NCBI GenBank assembly: GCA_021780675.1
Contig: JAJXYH010000013.1
Coordinates: forward strand, 593 to 64,592
Direction of reading: 5' to 3'
Length of the DNA: 64,000 bases
Origin: a bacterium
GTDB lineage: Bacteria; Patescibacteriota; Microgenomatia; Levybacterales; UBA12049
The position numbers and the translations under genes are program-made. Below are positions 53,787-61,148 of the stretch, piece by piece; the first letter of the stretch is position 1, and each line of letters opens with the position of its first letter. Below the pieces are notes generated by a model. That model saw only the letters and a program-made list of their open reading frames with translations. It had not been told where the DNA came from and did not search any database.

Positions 53787-53855
53787 TTGCGGGGCTAGGA
53801 GTTGCGCCTAGTCTATAAGATTATGAGCCTCATGTGCACTGTACACTACCCCGCA
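53787..53855 (-). tRNA. tRNA-Met(CAU), initiator-like, non-canonical D and T loops
   Basis: TGCGGGG-TA-GTGT-ACAGT-GCAC-A-TGAGG-CTCATAA-TCTTA-TAGA-CTAGG-CGCAACT-CCTAG-CCCCGCA-A; all four stems pair; TATAAT upstream. Confidence 0.85.
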
Positions 53856-54016
53856 CGTGAAACTATTATATAACAAATTTGCTTCAATTTGAAGTTATTG
53901 ATAAAATACATTTATCGTTTCCTACCAAAATCCGAAGGATTTTGAAGAGGAACAACCGATAAAAAGTTGAAATCCGAATTTTACGAGGATGAAAACGCAA
54001 AATCGTGTTGCGACGT

Positions 54017-54090
54017 GCCAGGGTAGCTCAGTTGGTTAGAGCACAAGATTCATATCCTTGCGGTCGTGAGTTCGAATCTCACCCCTGGTA
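54017..54090 (+). tRNA. tRNA-Met(CAU), probably elongator
   Basis: GCCAGGG/CCCTGGT acceptor stem, AGTTGGTTA D loop, TTCATAT anticodon loop, TTCGAAT T loop; no encoded CCA. Confidence 0.92.
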
Positions 54091-54132
54091 CTTTTTGACC
54101 TTTAGTTATCCCCGTTGTATAATTCCCGCACA

Positions 54133-54834
54133 ATGATGGCAATTGAAACTAATCAAATTTTTCCGGAACAAGAATTAAGGCCAGAACCTAAATTTGATGC
54201 AATCCTTGTTCATGGATATTGGATGAGTGAACCAGTCTCTGGCGATGTAAGATCTGCATTAAGAACCCGTTTGGCTACCAGATCCGCTGCACTGGCTTAC
54301 GACCGAGGAGATGGCGCAAGAAATATTGTTCTACCGTTAGGAAAATTGTGGGGGCAAGACTATGAATCATTAGGAAACTTAATGGCCGATGAACTTGAAT
54401 TTAAATATGGAGTTCCACCAGGCACAATAATAAGAGAAGGGAATGCATTTAGTACGGGTGGTGAAATAAAAACCTTTTTAGAAATTGCGCAAAAAAACGG
54501 CTGGACAAAACTTCTGGATATTGCTTTTTCTGCACATTTTTTAACAATCCCCCATGTATTTGATGCCTACTCTAAAGATGATGGAAAAATAACTGTTCAG
54601 TTTAGGTCTGTTGAGGAGATAATCGAATCTGAAGATTATGAATTAGTATCAGGGCTTGTCAAAAGACTTGGAAAATCTAGATATGGAATTGCCCATAAGG
54701 TTTATGAAAGAGGAAAACAAATAGTCACTAAAATTCATGGGACAGACTACGATTCCTTGGAAGAACGTAATAAAATGGCGCGAACAAAAAAAGGTAAGGA
54801 ATTTCCAATATCATTTGATGTTTACAAAATTTAG
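54133..54834 (+). CDS. YdcF/DUF218-like protein
   Basis: FDAILVHG, R, ESLG..M...L...GVP, STGGE, AHF. Confidence 0.6.
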   Translation: MMAIETNQIFPEQELRPEPKFDAILVHGYWMSEPVSGDVRSALRTRLATRSAALAYDRGDGARNIVLPLGKLWGQDYESLGNLMADELEFKYGVPPGTIIREGNAFSTGGEIKTFLEIAQKNGWTKLLDIAFSAHFLTIPHVFDAYSKDDGKITVQFRSVEEIIESEDYELVSGLVKRLGKSRYGIAHKVYERGKQIVTKIHGTDYDSLEERNKMARTKKGKEFPISFDVYKI

Positions 54835-55166
54835 TAAAAAAGTTTGAGCCATTTTTGCCAGTTTGGGGTATTTTTCACAGCCGATTTCGAATCTGAATTA
54901 ATCATGTTTGAGGATATAATCACATCTTCTTCTCCGGGTTTTACCAAAAATAACTTATTTCTGGCAGTTTCGTCTACAAAACTCTGGGTTTTAACATAGG
55001 AAAGTTCGGCTTTTAACTTAGTATTATTATTTTTTTGCATCTGTAATTCATTTTTGGCAGAAGACAAAAGGTCTTGTTTTTGCCAAAGATCAATAATTGA
55101 CTGCAAAAGCCCGTTTATGACCAATAAAAGTACTATAACTGTTAGAATATATCCTATTTTTTTCAT
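54831..55166 (-). CDS. Septum formation initiator (FtsB/DivIC family)
   Basis: TM, coiled coil, FVDETARNKLFLVKPGE. Confidence 0.85.
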   Translation of the reverse strand: MKKIGYILTVIVLLLVINGLLQSIIDLWQKQDLLSSAKNELQMQKNNNTKLKAELSYVKTQSFVDETARNKLFLVKPGEEDVIISSNMINSDSKSAVKNTPNWQKWLKLFY

Positions 55167-55207
55167 AACCTATTGTAATGATACCATACCCCAGCCTCTT
55201 TTCATGC

Positions 55208-55250
55208 TTGACTATTATAAAGTTTAGTGATATTATAGGATACGTTAAAC
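55208..55250 (+). promoter_or_regulatory. xer promoter overlapped by a dif-like imperfect inverted repeat
   Basis: TTGACT-17nt-TATTAT; TTTAGTGATAT-TATAGG-ATACGTTAAAC, right arm 8/11 to the XerD arm TTATGTTAAAT. Confidence 0.5.
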
Positions 55251-55289
55251 AGCCTTGATAGCAAGGCTTGTTTTGAATTTATAAGTATT

Positions 55290-56150
55290 ATGAAACAAGT
55301 TACCCTAAAAAATGCTCATGAAGAGTTTAAAAACTTTTTAGAGCAAAACAAGAAATCTGCATCAACTGTCGTTGCTTATGGCAAGGATATTGACCAGCTT
55401 ATTGGTTTTTTGGAAGAGGTTAAAAAGAATAATGTTCATGAAGTTTCTACAGAAGACATTCAAGCCTTCTTGGCTAAGCTTGGAAACGAAGGTTATACTC
55501 CAAAATCAGTCTCAAGAAAAATAAACTCAACCAGAACTTTTTATAGGTTTCTAAAGGTCAATGAGTATGTAACCGACGACCCTTCACTTTTAGTTTCCCA
55601 TCCCAAATATCAACTTGCCCCACCCAGAATTTTAACTCCCACAGAATATAGAGCATTAAGGGATGCTGCCAGAAACGATGCAAGAATGTTTGCAGTTATT
55701 GAGCTTTTGCTCCAAACCGGAATTAGGATCGGGGAACTGGCAAACCTTAGACTCTCCGACATAGTAAAAGATTCACTTCATATTGCCCCATTTGAAAAAC
55801 ACGAAGAAAGAAATGTCCCATTAAACAAAAGCGCACAAGCCGCATTAAATAAATATCTAGAAGCAAGACCCAAAGTTACCGATGATCATGTTTTTGTAAC
55901 AAAGAGCGGGAAACCATTTTTAATAAGAAATATTAGAACCGCGGTTGAAAGATATTTTAGGTTAGCAGAAATTAAAGGTGCAAAAGTAAATGATTTAAGA
56001 CATACATTTGTTGCTCATCATTTAAAACACGGAGTGTCCTTAGTTATGCTTTCTAAAGTTTTGGGGCATAAAAGAATTTCTACAACCGAAAGGTATCTTC
56101 AATACGTCCCAGATAGAGGCAAAGAAACCTCAACGCTAACCGAACTATAA
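55290..56150 (+). CDS. XerC/XerD-family tyrosine recombinase
   Basis: N-terminal SAM-like domain (STVVAY..D, SVSRK..R.FY.FL), TGIRIGEL, NDLRHTF, LGH, TERY. Confidence 0.92.
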   Translation: MKQVTLKNAHEEFKNFLEQNKKSASTVVAYGKDIDQLIGFLEEVKKNNVHEVSTEDIQAFLAKLGNEGYTPKSVSRKINSTRTFYRFLKVNEYVTDDPSLLVSHPKYQLAPPRILTPTEYRALRDAARNDARMFAVIELLLQTGIRIGELANLRLSDIVKDSLHIAPFEKHEERNVPLNKSAQAALNKYLEARPKVTDDHVFVTKSGKPFLIRNIRTAVERYFRLAEIKGAKVNDLRHTFVAHHLKHGVSLVMLSKVLGHKRISTTERYLQYVPDRGKETSTLTEL

Positions 56151-56238
56151 ATTTTTAATTAGAAAGAATTCTTCAAAAATATATCTTCCCAGATGGTTTA
56201 TATTTATTGTATTAAATGAAGAAAAGAAAGGTAAATAG

Positions 56239-56310
56239 TGCCCCCGCTTGGATTCGAACCAAGGACATCTACTTTATAAGAGTAGCGCTCTACCGCTGAG
56301 CTACAGGGGC
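56239..56310 (-). tRNA. tRNA-Ile(UAU)
   Basis: GCCCCTG-TA-GCTC-AGCGGTA-GAGC-G-CTACT-CTTATAA-AGTAG-ATGTC-CTTGG-TTCGAAT-CCAAG-CGGGGGC-A; anticodon TAT. Confidence 0.93.
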
Positions 56311-56354
56311 TTATACTTTGCAATTATATCAATAATCTTAAGATGTTCAAGTTT

Positions 56355-58727
56355 TTAAAGTCTTGCTCTTTGGGCAATTTGGGTTTCTAAATTAACGACG
56401 TCTTTACCGTATTTAAGTCTTGAAAGCTCACGAATAAGCTCTGCAACCCTTTGGTTTTCCATCGCTTTTTCTTTTGCCATATCCTTAGTAGTATCCATCG
56501 AAAACGGAGTTACCGGTTCGTTTTTTACAATTGTTTTAACAAAAGCATTAAAAACATCAACATTAATTAAATCCGCTTCGGTAAAAATAGGTTGGAATTC
56601 ATGCTGCAAATAACTTGCATCTGTTACACCCACCCTAAAAGACATTATTGTTCCAACGTTTCCAAAAATTGCGTTTTTAACCTCTTCATCCATTTGTCCA
56701 ATAAACTGGTTTGCAACAATTAAATTCAATCGATATTTTCTTGCCTCCGATAAAATTTGCGCAAAATCCGGTGTAGCGAAATTTTGGAACTCGTCAACAT
56801 AAAGATAGAAATCTTTTCTTTGCTCTTGTGGAACATCTTGTCTACTCATGGCGGCAACTAAAATTTTAGGTACCATAACAAGTCCTAAAAAGTTAGAATT
56901 TTCTTCTCCGATTTTTCCTTTAGAAAGATTTACCAAAAGAATTTTTTGCTCATCCATTACCTTTCTAAAATCAAAGGCTGATTGTGATTGACCGATAATA
57001 TTTCTCATCATTTTATTAGTAACAAACCTACCAAATTTGGAAACTATATAATCCAAGGTTTCCGACTTATGAAAATCGCTGGTTTGGGCGATCTGATCAG
57101 TCCAGTAACGCCTAACAATGGGGTCTGAAACTTTAGGCAATAACTCTTGTACAAACGAGGCATCGGTTAAAGCTCTTACCACCTCTATAAAAGTACTACC
57201 TTGCTCATACATAACCGTAAGCATTGCATTTCTAATTGCATGCTCAAACCTTGGACCAATAATACCGGTTTTATTAGGATCGTAAAGTTTATACATGAGC
57301 CCTACAATTGATGAAACAATATAATGTTTTTCCTGTTCGGTTTGTGCTTCTAGCATATTAAGTCCCATTGGTCTTTGTGAATCTGATGGATCAAATAAAA
57401 TAACATCTTCCGCTCTTTTAGCAGGAATCATTTTAAGTATGTCTTCTATTAAATCTCCGTGCGGGTCAATTACTCCGATTCCTTTTCCCTCCTGAATATC
57501 CTGGATTATCATTTGCTTAAGAAGTTCAGATTTACCAACGCCGGTTTTTCCAATAATGTACATGTGCCTTCTCCTATCGTCATCCTGAATATAAACTGGC
57601 TTACCAATTCCTCTAAATGTACTCATTCCCAAATAAAGTCCGCTTGATGGAATTTGCGATGGAGCCGGAGCCCTTTTTGCATTAATCCATTCAATATGTG
57701 GAGTTGTTACGCTTTTATTTGGAAAATGGAATATTCCTGCCAACTCCTCGCTATTTAAAACAGATAAATTTCCATTTGAAGGAAAATACCTATAAACAAA
57801 ATCTGAAATAAATCCTCCCTTTAGCCAATGTTTATTTTTACTTAAGGAGTTGCTTCCGTCAAACTGGCTAAAAGAAGTTAAAATATTTTCAAGATGGGCT
57901 GTTGCCGCTTCGCTTGATGAAGAAGAGACTACAATTCTAATGACTGCATAAAACCCAGGTTTTGAAATTTTATTCTCAATCGCTTCCAACTCTTTAGGAT
58001 CCGATGAATACTTTGCAGTTTCCGGGTTTGACTCATTTTTCTTGGTTGTTGCAATAAAACTTCGCCCAGCCTTACTCCATTTACTATCTGCTCCTGATAT
58101 TAAAATTTGAATTGCCGCACCTTCACCTTGACTCATTTTTGCAAGAACAGAAGTAATTGAAGCAAGCGGGTCAACTGCAAAGTCCTTATATAATTTTAAG
58201 GATTTAAAATTAGAATCCTTTAGCTTAAGCGATGCAAAAGCAACTTTACCTTCCTTGCTAAAAATATTATATTCGTTGCCAATGATATACCCTTCTTTTG
58301 ATCCCTTTTCCTCAACAACTCTAATTTCTGCATCCGGGTACGAAGCATTAATTTGTTTTTCAACTAAATCTTTATATTTGTTAGGTGTATAGATATAAAA
58401 TCTTATATCTTCGGGCATTCCAACAATTTCAAATGAGATATGCGGAGGATTTTTTAAAAAAGAGAACATTCCGTGAGCTTTAATTCCGGCAAAACTTGCA
58501 AACATTTGTTCGGCTGCATCTATTTTTATTTCATTATCCCTTGGAAGAGAGATTTGAAGAAGTGTAGAATCTAAAGACTGCTTTTCCCTATCCCTGTTTT
58601 TATACCAAATCATCAAAACGTAAGTAACAGCAAAAATTCCAACAATAATAATCGCCAACAAAACAAGGACTACGAAAACTGCAATTATCACATTAAACAT
58701 GTTTGATAAAGAAAAGGCTTGAATCAT
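56355..58727 (-). CDS. VirD4/TraG-like (FtsK-HerA superfamily) membrane ATPase
   Basis: RRRHMYIIGKTGVGKS, IDPHGD, LYVDEFQNF, LSEARKY, ANQ; N-terminal TM. Confidence 0.88.
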   Translation of the reverse strand: MIQAFSLSNMFNVIIAVFVVLVLLAIIIVGIFAVTYVLMIWYKNRDREKQSLDSTLLQISLPRDNEIKIDAAEQMFASFAGIKAHGMFSFLKNPPHISFEIVGMPEDIRFYIYTPNKYKDLVEKQINASYPDAEIRVVEEKGSKEGYIIGNEYNIFSKEGKVAFASLKLKDSNFKSLKLYKDFAVDPLASITSVLAKMSQGEGAAIQILISGADSKWSKAGRSFIATTKKNESNPETAKYSSDPKELEAIENKISKPGFYAVIRIVVSSSSSEAATAHLENILTSFSQFDGSNSLSKNKHWLKGGFISDFVYRYFPSNGNLSVLNSEELAGIFHFPNKSVTTPHIEWINAKRAPAPSQIPSSGLYLGMSTFRGIGKPVYIQDDDRRRHMYIIGKTGVGKSELLKQMIIQDIQEGKGIGVIDPHGDLIEDILKMIPAKRAEDVILFDPSDSQRPMGLNMLEAQTEQEKHYIVSSIVGLMYKLYDPNKTGIIGPRFEHAIRNAMLTVMYEQGSTFIEVVRALTDASFVQELLPKVSDPIVRRYWTDQIAQTSDFHKSETLDYIVSKFGRFVTNKMMRNIIGQSQSAFDFRKVMDEQKILLVNLSKGKIGEENSNFLGLVMVPKILVAAMSRQDVPQEQRKDFYLYVDEFQNFATPDFAQILSEARKYRLNLIVANQFIGQMDEEVKNAIFGNVGTIMSFRVGVTDASYLQHEFQPIFTEADLINVDVFNAFVKTIVKNEPVTPFSMDTTKDMAKEKAMENQRVAELIRELSRLKYGKDVVNLETQIAQRARL

Positions 58728-58730
58728 AAA

Positions 58731-59258
58731 TTATGCCTTCCTGCCGAATAATTTTTTATGCATCTCTTTAATAATTTTATTAAGAAGTGTTGCTAAAAAC
58801 GGTTTAGAGTCCTCTGTATATTCTCCCGCAAATTCACCAACATTTTCATGTAGGTTAAATTTTGTTTGTTTAGTTTTTAATGTTTCATTTATTTCATCTT
58901 CGCTCATCGGTAAAACAATTGTACTAGATGGCGAACTTGGAACCGGCGCGTTTTCTTGTGAATGTTTAACCCCAATTTGTTCATGGATCTCATCAAGGTT
59001 TGGCTTGTCCGAGTTTGCAGCAACACCAACATCTTTTAATTCTTGTTCAACTTTAACTTCTTCCTCCGAAGGTTTTATTACCTCCGATAAAGGGACTCCA
59101 CCAACTCTTTCCTTGTTTGCTGAAGGTGTTGGAGAAAATTGTCCTTGTCCTGTAAGAATTTTATCATCCGGTTTTGCTTGCTGCACCTGAGGAGCAGATG
59201 AACTCTGTAAGTTTTGATCTGATGGTTGCGCTTTTTGATTTTGAGCAGTGTTATCCAT
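58731..59258 (-). CDS. Hypothetical protein, low-complexity N-terminus
   Basis: Open frame ending 3 nt before the ATPase start. Confidence 0.7.
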   Translation of the reverse strand: MDNTAQNQKAQPSDQNLQSSSAPQVQQAKPDDKILTGQGQFSPTPSANKERVGGVPLSEVIKPSEEEVKVEQELKDVGVAANSDKPNLDEIHEQIGVKHSQENAPVPSSPSSTIVLPMSEDEINETLKTKQTKFNLHENVGEFAGEYTEDSKPFLATLLNKIIKEMHKKLFGRKA

Positions 59259-59311
59259 ACAATTATAATAACATTATTGAGAATAAACGACAATTAAACC
59301 GGTAGGTTAAA

Positions 59312-60466
59312 TTAACATCTGACGTTTTTTCCACAATCCGGATTTTGACAATTTTCTATTAATTGGTTTTCCGGTCGTAAATTTTTCCAACCACAATGCG
59401 GACAATCAAAAGTTCTGTCTCCAAATCTATCTTTTAATTTCCCAAACTCCGAAACACTAAACGGGGCTTTACCTGGCTCCATAAAACTTCCCAAACTAAA
59501 TCCTTCCGAAGTTCCGGGACATGGGCCTTGAGCCTTACGGACATTTTTTGTTCCCATAGCCCAGGAAATATCTTCGGCATAATTTGGGTCAAATGCATAT
59601 CTGTAATACAAGCTGTCCAAAAATTTAGAATCTCCGTTTTTAATTGCATCCAGAACCATATCTGATTGGTTTAGAATTGCATTGTATTTAAGTCTGTGGA
59701 TAAAATGATCGTTTGGTAAACCAACTAAAGAATTTATATAGCTTGTAATAAGAGGTGCGTTTATTTTATTGATTTTATCCATCTCGTCTTTTTCCAAAGC
59801 CTTTATACCGCCGTTTAGATATTTTTGGAGTTCTCCTGAATTATCGAATCCTGTTACTTTTATCGGGTCTTTTAGAAAATCCTCAGCTTTTGGCAAATTT
59901 TCGAAAACTTTAAAAGGTGCTACTCTTTGTCTATATTCATCTGCTGTAAGGTTTGATAAGAAACGTCTGTGTTCTACATATCTTCCTTTTTCATCCTCCT
60001 GAACCGAAAATGTATCAAAAAAATTGTTTGTATAATCCGACCCTGCAATACCCGGAAGCGACACCACCAAGAAAGTAGTTCCGGGAGGGATGTCTTCGTT
60101 AACCAGTTCAGGCTGCATTAGCTTAACTCCGGCAAGTTCTGCATCTTCCCTTTCAAAATCAATAGGATTCCCGTGCTCTCTTCTAAAATTAATTCCATTT
60201 ATCATCATGTCCTCAAGCGATTGTCCCATTGAGGCGGAAAAAATTTTACCCTCAACAATGTCATAACGCGTAACAGATTCTGCAACCTGCACCCTTTCAC
60301 CCATATACGTCTCAAGTTGTCTTTGAGTATATTCTTTTAACCTTTGTTGCTCTTTAAGAGATAGTTCGGAAAAATTTTCATAATCCCTCTCATCAAACGA
60401 AGGATTATATGCAAGTTTTGCCTCTTCCTGTCTATTTGGTATGTAATTTAGTCCTTCTCTTTCCAT
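59312..60466 (-). CDS. Uncharacterised protein with C-terminal zinc ribbon, downstream of a cobalamin riboswitch
   Basis: 384 aa acidic ORF; CPHC..CQNPDC..C terminus; GAGGAG 7 nt before ATG. Confidence 0.8.
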   Translation of the reverse strand: MEREGLNYIPNRQEEAKLAYNPSFDERDYENFSELSLKEQQRLKEYTQRQLETYMGERVQVAESVTRYDIVEGKIFSASMGQSLEDMMINGINFRREHGNPIDFEREDAELAGVKLMQPELVNEDIPPGTTFLVVSLPGIAGSDYTNNFFDTFSVQEDEKGRYVEHRRFLSNLTADEYRQRVAPFKVFENLPKAEDFLKDPIKVTGFDNSGELQKYLNGGIKALEKDEMDKINKINAPLITSYINSLVGLPNDHFIHRLKYNAILNQSDMVLDAIKNGDSKFLDSLYYRYAFDPNYAEDISWAMGTKNVRKAQGPCPGTSEGFSLGSFMEPGKAPFSVSEFGKLKDRFGDRTFDCPHCGWKNLRPENQLIENCQNPDCGKNVRC

Positions 60467-60496
60467 AAAAAAACTCCTCTTTTCTTTTCGAGGAGT
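60467..60496 (-). terminator. Riboswitch-controlled terminator / SD-sequestering hairpin
   Basis: ACTCCTC-GAAAAGAAAA-GAGGAGT with a T7 run leading straight into ATG. Confidence 0.8.
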
Positions 60497-60509
60497 CTTA
60501 TAAAAAGCA

Positions 60510-60591
60510 CTTTTTGCTCGAAAAGATTTTAAGGGGATCTGGCTTTACAGTTGCGGCACAGCGTCGGAATTACACCGACTTTCACCCTAAG
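60510..60591 (-). ncRNA. Cobalamin riboswitch, minimal (class II / AdoCbl-variant-like)
   Basis: AGGGTGAAA-GTCGG-TGTAATT-CCGAC-GCTGTGCCGCAACTGT-AAAGCCAGATCCCCT then a CTTTT-CGAGCA-AAAAG hairpin; directly after pduO and nrdJ. Confidence 0.85.
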
Positions 60592-60593
60592 AA

Positions 60594-61139
60594 TCATCTG
60601 GATAACCAAATAATTTCTTTTTTGTTTTGTTTCTTATTTATAAATCTAGCATACATAAAAAGCAAGTCCGAAAGCCTATTCATGTAAATTAAAATTTCAT
60701 TGCCAACCTTTTCTTTTTCGGAAAGTTCAACAACCCTTCTCTCCGCACGGCGTACTAATGTTCGCGCAAAATGTAAACTTGCCCCTACTTCCGAACCTCC
60801 CGGAAAAATAAAATTTCTTAAAACCGGCAATTTTTTTGTTAATCCGTCTATTTCTTTTTCAAATAATTTAACTTGTTCTATCAGATGTTTTTCCAACGCC
60901 TGATTATTTAATTTGCTTGGGTTTGCTAAATAAGCGCCGATTTGAAATAAATCGTTTTGAATAACTTCTAAATTTTTTTTAATATTTTTGTTTTTATTCT
61001 TGGAAAGTATGACACCAAGATAACTATTTAGCTCATCAAGCGATCCATAGGTATTAACACGAAGCGAAGCCTTAGAAACTACCTTTCCTGCAAAAAGAGA
61101 AGTCTTGCCTTTATCACCAAATTTAGTATAAATGGACAT
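60594..61139 (-). CDS. pduO: ATP:cob(I)alamin adenosyltransferase, PduO type
   Basis: IYTK.GD.G.T, YG.LDELNS, QN.LF..GA, F..PGG, RT.VRRAER, NRLSD.LF. Confidence 0.95.
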   Translation of the reverse strand: MSIYTKFGDKGKTSLFAGKVVSKASLRVNTYGSLDELNSYLGVILSKNKNKNIKKNLEVIQNDLFQIGAYLANPSKLNNQALEKHLIEQVKLFEKEIDGLTKKLPVLRNFIFPGGSEVGASLHFARTLVRRAERRVVELSEKEKVGNEILIYMNRLSDLLFMYARFINKKQNKKEIIWLSR

Positions 61140-61148
61140 AAAATTTAC

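Noticed and set aside
53920-53955. TCCGAAGGA hairpin as SRP (4.5S) RNA
   Set aside because: Lacks the CAGG / GNRA tetraloop / AGCAG internal-loop signature
54091-56238. tRNA-flanked integrase region as a genomic island
   Set aside because: I found no duplicated tRNA 3' end (att), the region holds a core ftsB-like gene, and the recombinase is Xer-sized
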